Both the position numbers and the translations under genes were made by a program. From Patescibacteria group bacterium (GTDB lineage Bacteria; Patescibacteriota; Dojkabacteria; JAKAPS01): a stretch of DNA of 57,475 nucleotides. The notes under the pieces are model-generated. The model ran no database searches. It saw only the letters and a program-made list of their open reading frames with translations, and was not told the DNA's origin. Location of the stretch: contig JANWIC010000001.1 in assembly GCA_025450075.1 (NCBI GenBank), positions 1 through 57,475 of the forward strand, in the 5' to 3' direction. Of this stretch, positions 18,293-27,600 are shown piece by piece (position 1 is the stretch's first letter; every line of letters starts with the position of its first letter).

Positions 18293-20557
18293 ATGGAAAT
18301 TGTAAATTTCATTCTAATTATAGAAATAATAGGATATATACTATTATCAATTGTTGTATTTTTTAATAATCGTATTGCTAAGAAGAATCAAATTTTTGCT
18401 TTATTCTTATTAGCATTAAGTCTTTGGATGTTCTCGGCATTTGTTACTCATATTGATAATGGCAGTGTTGTAATATCATTAATTCTTACAAGATTGAATT
18501 TCTTCTTTAGCCTTGTATCTGAGGTTTTCCTTGTTCTATTTTGTGAAGAATTATATTTAAATAGAAAGAAGTGGCACATTCGAGATGCGATTTATATTAT
18601 TCCACCATTGCTTCTATTATACCCATTAGTTTTTACAAATTTATTTGTCCTAAATGAAACCTATATTAATGGAGACCCATTTTACACTGTAGGATCATTA
18701 ATAATACTTGTGTTCCTGCTTGCAGTTTTATATCTTTCATTTGTTATCTACTACCTTTTCAAGGCATATATTACATCAAAAGGAATTTATTTAGTTCAGG
18801 TTAAATATGTTTTAATAGGAACAACAGCCTCAGCAATTTTTATTATTCTCTTAGGCCTAGTGTTGCCATTGATGGGTTTTGTTTTTCTTGAACAATGGAC
18901 AGTAATTGCCACCATTTTTATGGTTGGTACAATACAATATACTATTGTTAAACATAGCTTTCTTGATATTAGAATATTTCTGGGAGAAATACTTCGATAC
19001 TTAATAATTGGGATTTTTACCTATGTATTATTCTATTTAGTTTTATATTTAGACAATCAATTTTTTGGTGGCCCTTACCAAAAAGCTACATATATTATTG
19101 GATTCCTATATGCGATTGCCTTTATTTTTCTACAAAATTTATTACTTAAAATTATATCTAAGGTAGGGATAATTCAGAGTAAAGATCAATTATTTGATAT
19201 TGGTAATCAATTACCAGATATTTTAGGAAATGAATTAGATATAAATAAACTTTCCGTTTTAATTGGAGAATACCTAATGAAAAGTTTTAGACTATCATCA
19301 ATTATTACCATAACAAAATTTTCAGGAAATAAAATGACAAAATTCGGAAATGAAAATATAAATATTCCTGATATTTTTTTTACTTCGTCAAAAGACTTTT
19401 TTTCACTTATTAACGTTCAAGAGAATTTGCTTCTTATGTCGAAAGAAAGAATACATTTTACTGAACATTATATTAGTTTTATAGAATTACTACATTCGAT
19501 GCACGTTGAAATATATATTCCATTGTTAAGTGGGCGCGAGATATATTATTTCATTCTTTTAGGGGAGAAAGAAAATAAAGATGGATATTATTTTGAAGAG
19601 ATCGAGTTGTTAAAACATATGGCAAATCAAATAAATATAGCACTACAAAGATCTCTTTTGTATAAACAAATACAAGAAAGTAATAATAATCTTAAAGAAA
19701 AGATTGAAAATGCTACTCATGAACTACAATCAAAAAATACTGAATTACAAAAAGCATATGATGAGGCAAATGAAACAGCAAGGAAAGAAAGGGACATGCT
19801 TGATATCATGGGACATGAACTTCGTACTCCTGCAACAGTAATTAAAATGGCAACTTATCTTCTTGATGCTAAGGTAACGGATGAAAATGAAAAAAAGCAG
19901 GTTATGCGAATCAAAGATTCAATAGAACGTCAAATTCAGCTTATCAACACATTCATAAATACTGCAAAGATAGATAATAATAAGATAGATTTAGTCCTTA
20001 TTCCGCTTCATCTAAATGAAATGGTAAAGCAGGCTGTGGACGATCACATGAATGAGGCAATTGAAAAAAATCTTTCCTTATCATATGAAGATAGTGTTGA
20101 TACTCCAATTGTACTCGTAGATAATGCAAGAATGCGTGAAGTATTGGATAATCTTATCTCAAATGCTATCAAATATACCCAAGCAGGATATGTCAAAGTA
20201 TCATGTACTGCTAATAATAAAGAAGTGACAGTTAAAGTAGAGGATTCCGGAGAGGGGATAAGCCAAGATGATATGAAAGAATTATTTCAAAAATTCAAGA
20301 GACTTCGAAACTATACGAAAACTTCTGATATAACAAATGTAAAAATGATAAGACCAGGAGGAACAGGATTAGGGTTATATGTTTCAAAGGCAATCATTGA
20401 AATGCATGGTGGAAAGATATGGGTTGAAAGCGAACTTGGAAAAGGATCTGTGTTTAACTTTACCGTACCCATTCCAAATCCTGAAGAAATAGCAAAACAT
20501 CAATCCACTGAAGGTGCGTCAGCAAACCTATTCCACAGGTTAAACATGAGTGCTTAA
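18293..20557 (+). CDS. Membrane sensor histidine kinase with N-terminal 7TM-type region (orphan)
   Basis: About 9 TM helices, GAF-like segment, H-box GHELRTP, N-box NLISNAIKYT, DSGEG, GTGLGL. ATG at 18293 chosen over the track's 18275. Confidence 0.92.
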   Translation: MEIVNFILIIEIIGYILLSIVVFFNNRIAKKNQIFALFLLALSLWMFSAFVTHIDNGSVVISLILTRLNFFFSLVSEVFLVLFCEELYLNRKKWHIRDAIYIIPPLLLLYPLVFTNLFVLNETYINGDPFYTVGSLIILVFLLAVLYLSFVIYYLFKAYITSKGIYLVQVKYVLIGTTASAIFIILLGLVLPLMGFVFLEQWTVIATIFMVGTIQYTIVKHSFLDIRIFLGEILRYLIIGIFTYVLFYLVLYLDNQFFGGPYQKATYIIGFLYAIAFIFLQNLLLKIISKVGIIQSKDQLFDIGNQLPDILGNELDINKLSVLIGEYLMKSFRLSSIITITKFSGNKMTKFGNENINIPDIFFTSSKDFFSLINVQENLLLMSKERIHFTEHYISFIELLHSMHVEIYIPLLSGREIYYFILLGEKENKDGYYFEEIELLKHMANQINIALQRSLLYKQIQESNNNLKEKIENATHELQSKNTELQKAYDEANETARKERDMLDIMGHELRTPATVIKMATYLLDAKVTDENEKKQVMRIKDSIERQIQLINTFINTAKIDNNKIDLVLIPLHLNEMVKQAVDDHMNEAIEKNLSLSYEDSVDTPIVLVDNARMREVLDNLISNAIKYTQAGYVKVSCTANNKEVTVKVEDSGEGISQDDMKELFQKFKRLRNYTKTSDITNVKMIRPGGTGLGLYVSKAIIEMHGGKIWVESELGKGSVFNFTVPIPNPEEIAKHQSTEGASANLFHRLNMSA

Positions 20558-21732
20558 GAGAGGAGAATATTTTCAAGTTTTTTGATATAGTTTTCCAGTT
20601 TATATTCTTTCTTTGCATATGCGATATTTTCTTCCGATTTCTTCTTTATATCCTCATTACTCATGGAAGCAACTGATATGAGCTTGCGCCCAAGATCGGA
20701 GATATGAAATGGTTCTGCAAAGAAAATGATGTCTTTGGTCTTTTTAGAATAAATTCCTGGTATCTTAAAAGAAACAATTATTAATCCCATTGCCATTGCT
20801 TCAGCAAGAGCAACTGGAGATCCTTCATATCGTGACAGCATGAGAAAGATGGTCCCTTTTTGTAGAAGTTCTGGCATTGCATTATGATCTACATGCTGAA
20901 CATATTGTACATGCTTATATTTTTTTTGGATTTTCTTTACAACAGGCTCAAGATCTCCAGTTCCTGCAATTATGAATTTAAAATTTTCAAGTGATTTTTT
21001 TTTCTTTAAATATGAGAAAAGCTCCGGAAGCATATCAATACCTTTTTGTCCTGTAAGACGTGAAGACAGGATGACAGTTCGTTTTTTGGGAATACTAATA
21101 TTTGCTTTCTGGCTTGAAAAGAATATTTCTTCGCATGGAAGCTTTACAAGACTAGACCCCTTAATAATTTTTTTATCAGCAATGTTAAGTGATTGGAAAT
21201 GCTTTGTTAGTATTTTTACAATAGTTTTGTATATAAAAGTGGTGTATACCAGGTTATGAAACCTATCAAGAAAAGTTGTTGGTTGGATGTATCGAAGAGG
21301 GGTATAGCCTTGAATAAGTAAACGTTTCCTTAAACCTCTATTTTTTAAAACTGCGAAAAAGATAGGAAGAAGTGAAGGTATGTCACTCCGGACGAAAATA
21401 TAATCCGATTTAGTAAGAGCAGATACTACTTTCCAGAACGGAAATTTTTTGTATTCAGCTTTTCCCAATTTTGCGCGAATTTCTTGAGGTGAATAACGGA
21501 GGGCATCTTCTAGTGTTTTTTTGCCATAAGCAAGGTATTTGATCCTTTGGAAAGGATTTCTTCCGACCTTTAAAGGATTTTTCTTAAATGTATATACAAC
21601 AACATTAAAACCTTTCTTGTTTGCAAAGGCTTTTGCCGTCTCTATCGTCATAAGCTCAGCTCCTCCTCCAAATTCTAAAGGGATGTCGGTGAAGAAAGAT
21701 ATTGTTGTTGCTTTGTTTTTGGCTGATTTCAT
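20554..21732 (-). CDS. GT4 glycosyltransferase
   Basis: GGGAE; SRL..QKG; SRYEG.P....EAMA.G. Confidence 0.88.
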   Translation of the reverse strand: MKSAKNKATTISFFTDIPLEFGGGAELMTIETAKAFANKKGFNVVVYTFKKNPLKVGRNPFQRIKYLAYGKKTLEDALRYSPQEIRAKLGKAEYKKFPFWKVVSALTKSDYIFVRSDIPSLLPIFFAVLKNRGLRKRLLIQGYTPLRYIQPTTFLDRFHNLVYTTFIYKTIVKILTKHFQSLNIADKKIIKGSSLVKLPCEEIFFSSQKANISIPKKRTVILSSRLTGQKGIDMLPELFSYLKKKKSLENFKFIIAGTGDLEPVVKKIQKKYKHVQYVQHVDHNAMPELLQKGTIFLMLSRYEGSPVALAEAMAMGLIIVSFKIPGIYSKKTKDIIFFAEPFHISDLGRKLISVASMSNEDIKKKSEENIAYAKKEYKLENYIKKLENILLS

Positions 21733-21748
21733 ATTTAAATTCGGATGT

Positions 21749-21756
21749 AGTATACT
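21749..21756. promoter_or_regulatory. Palindromic, bidirectional -10 element between divergent GT4 genes
   Basis: AGTATACT gives TATACT on both strands within a 31-bp gap. Confidence 0.5.
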
Positions 21757-21763
21757 TGATTTT

Positions 21764-23044
21764 ATGAAAATAGTCTATATAACAACTGCATTTCTTCCCT
21801 CTTCCATTGGTGGTTCAGAAGTTTTAACAAGGCAGTATGCTTTAGCAGCAATCGAAGGAAAACATGAAGCAATTGTTATTACATCAGATATTAGAACTTG
21901 GTGGGGAAAATACCTTCCATTTGGCGGAAAATTTTCCAAAAAAGAAGAAAGAATTGATGGAATACAAATCATTCGTCTTCCTCATAACTGGATGCTTTAT
22001 ACAATCTCGCAATTTGCTTCAAAGTTTTCTACGCTTCTTTACAAAGTTCCAATAATTAAAAATAGAAAATGGTTACAAAAATTAAGTGCAAATACATCAT
22101 TGTATTCTTATGGTGTTGTATTGAAAGGATTAAAAAATACTTTACATGACATTAATCCAGATATTGTACATGTCACTCCACTTAGCCATGTAACCGTATA
22201 TAAAGGAATTGAAGCAGTCGGAGAGTTAAATAAAGAGAGAGTAAAACGAATTAAACTTATTATAACAACAGCCCTTCATTTTGATTCCGGAGTTTTCACT
22301 AAGACATACGATATAGAGCGTATACGTCTTTCTCTTGCAAATGCTGATGCAATTGTGTGTACAACTGCTTTTGAAAAGATGAAAATCTTAAATAATTTTG
22401 CTTTAAAAAAAGATAAAATTCAGGTTATTAATATAGGGATACCGTTTCCGGGTGAAATTACTAATAAAGAATTTTTAGGTATCCAAAAGTTAAAGAAAGA
22501 AACAAATACTTTAATGATTCTTTTTATGGGAACAAGAACCTCTGGAAAAGGACTTTTTGACTTAATTCATAGCCTGGAACAATTGAAACTTGAAGGGTAT
22601 GATCGGGTAAGGCTTTTTGTAGGTGGAGTTAGGACAATTCAATGGCGCATTTTTGCAATAATGAATAAATTTGTTAAAAGAATAGATTATGTCATTGATC
22701 TTCCTTATCTTGAAGAAGGTGAGAAGGCAACAGTATTTTCTTTAGCTGATATTTTTGTACTTCCATCTCGGGTAGATTCTTTTGGGATTGTATATATTGA
22801 GGCAATGGCACATAGCCTGCCAATTATTTATGCAAACGAGCCTCCTCAACGGGAGATTATTAATGATGCTGGACTTTATGCTGAATTTGGTGATGTTTCT
22901 GGTCTTACAGATGTTCTTAGAACACTACTTGATAGTAAAGAACTTCGAGAAAAAACAGGACATCAAGGTAATGAGTTGTTCAAACAGCTATATACACAAA
23001 AGAGAATGTTTGATAAGGTTATTGAGCTATATAGTGAAATCTAA
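21764..23044 (+). CDS. GT4 glycosyltransferase
   Basis: MKIVYIT..F.P..GGSE; PSRVDSFGIVYIEAMA. The track start 21539 overlaps the divergent gene, so 21764 is preferred. Confidence 0.9.
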   Translation: MKIVYITTAFLPSSIGGSEVLTRQYALAAIEGKHEAIVITSDIRTWWGKYLPFGGKFSKKEERIDGIQIIRLPHNWMLYTISQFASKFSTLLYKVPIIKNRKWLQKLSANTSLYSYGVVLKGLKNTLHDINPDIVHVTPLSHVTVYKGIEAVGELNKERVKRIKLIITTALHFDSGVFTKTYDIERIRLSLANADAIVCTTAFEKMKILNNFALKKDKIQVINIGIPFPGEITNKEFLGIQKLKKETNTLMILFMGTRTSGKGLFDLIHSLEQLKLEGYDRVRLFVGGVRTIQWRIFAIMNKFVKRIDYVIDLPYLEEGEKATVFSLADIFVLPSRVDSFGIVYIEAMAHSLPIIYANEPPQREIINDAGLYAEFGDVSGLTDVLRTLLDSKELREKTGHQGNELFKQLYTQKRMFDKVIELYSEI

Positions 23045-23877
23045 AATGGCCTTTTGGTTATCATGGATTTATTCCATGCATAAATCATTCCAACTTCATT
23101 ATTGGTAGGAATAACATCAAATGCAAATTGTAATGCCTCTAATCTCTTCAGCAGTTTTGCATAATATTTCATAGGATATGCTTTGTTAACATGATACTCC
23201 ATTGTAATAAGCTTTGTGTGTTTTAAATATGGTTCATGACGTTTTAGGGAAAAAAATTCATATTCTCCTCCTTCTATATCAATCTTGAGAAGATCACATT
23301 GCTGAATTGCATTTTTTTCCCAGAGTTCTGAAAAACTCATTCCCGTTACCCGTTGTTTCATTTTTGGTTTATCAACACCATTTAAGCCATTGTTTCCATG
23401 GTTATTTTTATGAAGCTGCAAAAATAGAATTCTTTTTTTTGCATCAATTGCCTTTTTATATAACTTTACATTTTTTTCATGGTTTAGATGGATGTTTTGT
23501 TTTAAAAGATGATAATTACTTTTTTCAGGTTCAACCGCATATATTTTGGCATTCGGAAAAGTATGGGATGCAAGAATTGTAAAATCACCAATAAAAGCGC
23601 CAAGGTCGATAATTGTCTCAATCGGTGTTTTACTTCGCTTTACTTTATGAATCCGATAGCAATCATGCAAAACTACTTCGTCCATGATTTTGTAATCGGT
23701 AGTATTTGACCTTATATGAAATCTCATACCATGGATATCACAGGAATCAAATTTGTTAGGATTAATATGAAGCCTGGATAAAAGAAGATAGCGGTATTGT
23801 ATTGTATCATTATGCAATGCCTTATATATTCCAACTTCTTTGGTTATATAGTTTTTGGTACGGCTAATGATATTCAT
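23041..23877 (-). CDS. FkbM-family methyltransferase
   Basis: IIDLGAFIG, AVEP...N, LLKIDIEGGEY, MEYH. Confidence 0.9.
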   Translation of the reverse strand: MNIISRTKNYITKEVGIYKALHNDTIQYRYLLLSRLHINPNKFDSCDIHGMRFHIRSNTTDYKIMDEVVLHDCYRIHKVKRSKTPIETIIDLGAFIGDFTILASHTFPNAKIYAVEPEKSNYHLLKQNIHLNHEKNVKLYKKAIDAKKRILFLQLHKNNHGNNGLNGVDKPKMKQRVTGMSFSELWEKNAIQQCDLLKIDIEGGEYEFFSLKRHEPYLKHTKLITMEYHVNKAYPMKYYAKLLKRLEALQFAFDVIPTNNEVGMIYAWNKSMITKRPF

Positions 23878-23980
23878 ATATGAGCAGTATAGCATGTGAA
23901 AACGGATACTATGTACTATTTAAAGGAAACATTGTTCTCAGGCATAAAAAACGATATGATGAAGTATTACATAAGTTTGT

Positions 23981-25516
23981 ATGTTTCATAAATCGGTTAT
24001 TAATGTTATTGGAAGTGTTTTGCTATCCTTTATTACAGCAATAAATATCCTCATTCTTGCGCGAATCCTTTCTCCGTCCGTACTTGGCCAATATACCTAT
24101 GCATTATGGATGATTAATATCAGTGTGATTATTGCAACAATGGGTATACCTGTTACATTACTTAAATATATCCCAGAAATGACACAAAGGCTTGGAATCA
24201 TGCGAGCAAGGATGCTTTTTATGTTTTTAAGCGGTTTAGGTTTTCTTTTTTCGATAATTATTGCATTATTTATCGCTTTTATTCTTCCAAGACTGCAACA
24301 CGCAACAGGATATCTTACTTATCTTTACCTGATTGCAGGATCAATTCCACTTCTGGTTTTTATTAATTTATTTTCTTCATATTTTAAGAGCAGGATGAAG
24401 TTTGGAAGCATCTATACATTTAATGCTATTTATTCTGTTCTATTATTCTTTGCAACATGCTTTGCTGCTTTTGTAACAAAGAATGTAACTCCTGTATTGT
24501 GGGGTTATTTTATTGCAGCCCTTGTCTATTCAATATTTTTACTTTATTTGGTTTTGAGAAATATTCATATCCGACTTTATATTCCAACTATCAAGGATAT
24601 AAAAACACTCCTTTTTGAAAAGAAAAGCATTGCAGATATGGAATTAAAAGAGGTACTTACTTATATATTTTCAGTTTCCTTCATATTATTACTGGATAAT
24701 ATCATTTGGGATCGTTCAGAAGTATTTTTCTTAAAACATTTTTCAACAAATGAGCAAATAGCATATTATTCAATCGCTTTTTCTGTTGTTCAAAAAATTA
24801 TGTATTTATTGCCAACAGCGTTAAGTGGATATTTGTTAACAACATATTCCTTGCACAGGGCAAAAGGGAGGGAGAAAGAAATCATGGAGATACTCTTTAA
24901 AGCTTGCAAATTTTTATTAATTATAAACATACCATTGGCGTTGGGTGGTGCAGCTCTTTCTACTCCCATAATAGAATACCTGTTTGGTCATGCATATGTT
25001 GGAGCAACAGGAAGTCTTCGTTTCTTATTTCTAGGGGCGATTGCCTCTCCTGCATCTCTTACGGTAAGTACAGTTATCTATGGCCAGAAAAGGCAATATA
25101 TGATCTTGTATTACGGTATTATTTGTACGATCTTGTCAATTATTCTTGATATTATCCTCATTTCACATTTTTCAGCAATTGGGGCTGCAATTGCAAATTC
25201 AATCGTCCAACTGTTATTTGGTTCCCTTCTTTTATTCTATGCATACAGGTCTCTTCATATTGACTATCCATATCGGTTTGGTGCATCCATTACAGGGGTA
25301 TCGCTTCTTCCTGCAATTTTACTATTTTTTCTCAACACAGAATTTCATAGTATAATTGTATTTATCCTTTCAATAATTGCAGCGAGCGTTATTTATTGCT
25401 ATTTGATTCTAAAACTTGGGATAGTAAACCGTAAAGATATCTCATTTATCGATCCTTTTATCAAAAACGATAAGGTGAGGGGAATGCTCGATCGCTTTTT
25501 TCTCGCATCAATATAG
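23981..25516 (+). CDS. Wzx-type polysaccharide flippase (MOP superfamily)
   Basis: About 14 TM helices; LARILSP...GQY, AYYSIA, LI......GAAIA. Confidence 0.88.
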   Translation: MFHKSVINVIGSVLLSFITAINILILARILSPSVLGQYTYALWMINISVIIATMGIPVTLLKYIPEMTQRLGIMRARMLFMFLSGLGFLFSIIIALFIAFILPRLQHATGYLTYLYLIAGSIPLLVFINLFSSYFKSRMKFGSIYTFNAIYSVLLFFATCFAAFVTKNVTPVLWGYFIAALVYSIFLLYLVLRNIHIRLYIPTIKDIKTLLFEKKSIADMELKEVLTYIFSVSFILLLDNIIWDRSEVFFLKHFSTNEQIAYYSIAFSVVQKIMYLLPTALSGYLLTTYSLHRAKGREKEIMEILFKACKFLLIINIPLALGGAALSTPIIEYLFGHAYVGATGSLRFLFLGAIASPASLTVSTVIYGQKRQYMILYYGIICTILSIILDIILISHFSAIGAAIANSIVQLLFGSLLLFYAYRSLHIDYPYRFGASITGVSLLPAILLFFLNTEFHSIIVFILSIIAASVIYCYLILKLGIVNRKDISFIDPFIKNDKVRGMLDRFFLASI

Positions 25517-25571
25517 GATTGTGTACAAGCCATTCTGGGATAGTGTATAATGTTTAAGCTAAAAAATTCAT

Positions 25572-26177
25572 ATGGTATCAAACATTCTAAGTTTTATCAT
25601 TCCATATATCAGATCACTGATTGTTCTTGGATTAATAGTGGCTACATCTTTTATATTCCAGGTAGTGAATAATGCAAACAGGAGTTATAGGATTTTAAAA
25701 ATTAAGTTTGATGAGCACATTCCATTAATTCCTGTATTTATCTATCCATATATATCGTTTTTGTTGTTCATTCCGGTATCTTTGATGGTTATTGTTAAAG
25801 TTCGTCCCGATCTTTTTCTTCCCGTTATCATAACATTCACTATTGCCGGCATTATCTGTACTCTTTTTTTCTATTTCTTCCAAACCTATATTGAAAAACC
25901 TGAAATTGAAGCAATCTTCCATGCACATAAACTATTGAAAAAAGTTCAGGATGCAGTGGAGCCATACAACTGCTTTCCAAGTTCACATGTTCTCTATACC
26001 GTCTTAACGGCATTTTTTCTTGTAACAGTTTTCCCTGCACTTTTTATATTTGTAAACATTTATACCTTTCTTGTTTGTGCTTCTACTGTGTTTGTAAAGC
26101 AGCACTATATTCTTGATATTTTCGGTGGGCTAGCATTGGCTGCACTGATGTACTTCACGGTTATAAAACTAGTCTGA
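25572..26177 (+). CDS. PAP2-superfamily membrane phosphatase/phosphotransferase
   Basis: NCFPSSH and STVFVKQHYILDI..G motifs; TM helices. Confidence 0.85.
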   Translation: MVSNILSFIIPYIRSLIVLGLIVATSFIFQVVNNANRSYRILKIKFDEHIPLIPVFIYPYISFLLFIPVSLMVIVKVRPDLFLPVIITFTIAGIICTLFFYFFQTYIEKPEIEAIFHAHKLLKKVQDAVEPYNCFPSSHVLYTVLTAFFLVTVFPALFIFVNIYTFLVCASTVFVKQHYILDIFGGLALAALMYFTVIKLV

Positions 26178-26190
26178 TGAATCTTAGTAG

Positions 26191-26219
26191 TTGACGAATG
26201 AAGAATAAGAATATATTAT
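26191..26219 (+). promoter_or_regulatory. Sigma70-type promoter; strong SD (AAAGGGGGTGAA) before ATG 26262
   Basis: TTGACG-N17-TATTAT. Confidence 0.65.
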
Positions 26220-26261
26220 AGAACTAGTAAAAACTCTTCAACAAAAGGGGGTGAATAAATA

Positions 26262-27392
26262 ATGATAAAAACTGCTCGAAAATTATTTGTATTCCTCACA
26301 GTAGCAGGTCTTGCTTTAACACTGAATGTAGCTGGCATTAATGCAGCTCAATTGACTAGCCAATCTATTTCGCTTTCAAATTCAGCTCCAGCAACACCTT
26401 CTTCTTATACTATTAAATTTACCACAGCGGGAACAGCAAGTCTTAATGACGTCGACTTTGTGTTTGCTACAACACCTTCTGGAGCCGCGACGACTCCATC
26501 AGGTATGAGTCTTGCCAGCGCAACCCTGACATCAACTACTAACCTTGGATCAGGATGGACAATTGATACATCACAAGCCGGATCTGGTATCCTTTCAATC
26601 ACGAATGCCACAGCTCAGAATATTGCTTCTGCAACTGTTGCCACAGTGGTATTAGGCGGACTTACAAACCCAGCTATCGGAAGTGGTGCCGCACAGTGTG
26701 CAAAATCTGATGCAAACGGTTCTTCTGGAACTTGTTATATCCGATTTACCACAAAAGCTGCTGGACCTACTACAATAGATACTGGCGCAGCATCGTTTAC
26801 CCTTGTAGCCACAACATCAGCTACTGCAACACTTGATCCATCTATGTCGATGATCATCAGTGGAGTAGCAGCAGGACAGACTAATGATGGAATCGTAGTC
26901 TCAACTGGAGACAGCTCCACATACAATACACTGCCTTTTGGCCACATGGCTGTAAATACGATCTACGACACCGCTCAGGAAATTCAAGTTTACACAAACG
27001 CACAACATGGATATACGGTTACTATGGCTATGACAACTCCAATGACTGGATCAGTCGGATCTAACCAAATTTCTCCATTTACTGCAAATAGTGCAACTTG
27101 GCTTGCCCCTGTAGCATGGACCGCTCCAACAGGAACTACACCAAATACCAACACAGCTTGGATTGGTGGAAATACTACTGATGGAACTCGTGTAGGAGGA
27201 GGTGTAGGAGGCTCACAAGGTGGAAATCAAACCTTTGGACCTGTAAATACAACTCCTGTTAATGTATCTTTATCTAACCAACCTGATAATGGAACTGCTG
27301 TATTTGTTTCATACCAATTACAAGCAAACCCATATCAGCCTGCAGATACTTATACTGGTGTATTGCAATATAACGCAACGCCAACGTATTAA
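26262..27392 (+). CDS. Secreted Thr/Ala/Gly-rich two-domain surface protein, WxL-like (paralog of 10431..11513)
   Basis: Signal peptide; shared motifs SYT..FTT, DF.FATT, TCYI, DPSM, YNT.PFGH, TNA..GY.V, YQ..DTY.G...Y...P.Y. Confidence 0.8.
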   Translation: MIKTARKLFVFLTVAGLALTLNVAGINAAQLTSQSISLSNSAPATPSSYTIKFTTAGTASLNDVDFVFATTPSGAATTPSGMSLASATLTSTTNLGSGWTIDTSQAGSGILSITNATAQNIASATVATVVLGGLTNPAIGSGAAQCAKSDANGSSGTCYIRFTTKAAGPTTIDTGAASFTLVATTSATATLDPSMSMIISGVAAGQTNDGIVVSTGDSSTYNTLPFGHMAVNTIYDTAQEIQVYTNAQHGYTVTMAMTTPMTGSVGSNQISPFTANSATWLAPVAWTAPTGTTPNTNTAWIGGNTTDGTRVGGGVGGSQGGNQTFGPVNTTPVNVSLSNQPDNGTAVFVSYQLQANPYQPADTYTGVLQYNATPTY

Positions 27393-27410
27393 GTCTGTAT
27401 GATATATACA

Positions 27411-27440
27411 CAAAAAGAGCTCCCTAAGGAGCTCTTTTTG
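27411..27440. terminator. Intrinsic terminator, bidirectional geometry
   Basis: CAAAAAGAGCTCC-CTAA-GGAGCTCTTTTTG, a perfect 13-bp inverted repeat between convergent genes. Confidence 0.9.
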
Positions 27441-27600
27441 GCCCTATTCAACATAATCTATTGGAAAAAATAGGATACCGTTAAATTCGTATATTTTACC
27501 ATTAAATTTGATTTCCATTGTAACGCACCTCCTGTATACTAATGTATTTAATTAATATACTTCCCTTCATTTTAGAAATAGGAATATGAGATATGGAATA

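Noticed and set aside
21539-21763. 75-codon N-terminal extension of the GT4 ORF
   Set aside because: Overlaps the divergent GT4; the typical GT4 N-terminus begins at ATG 21764.
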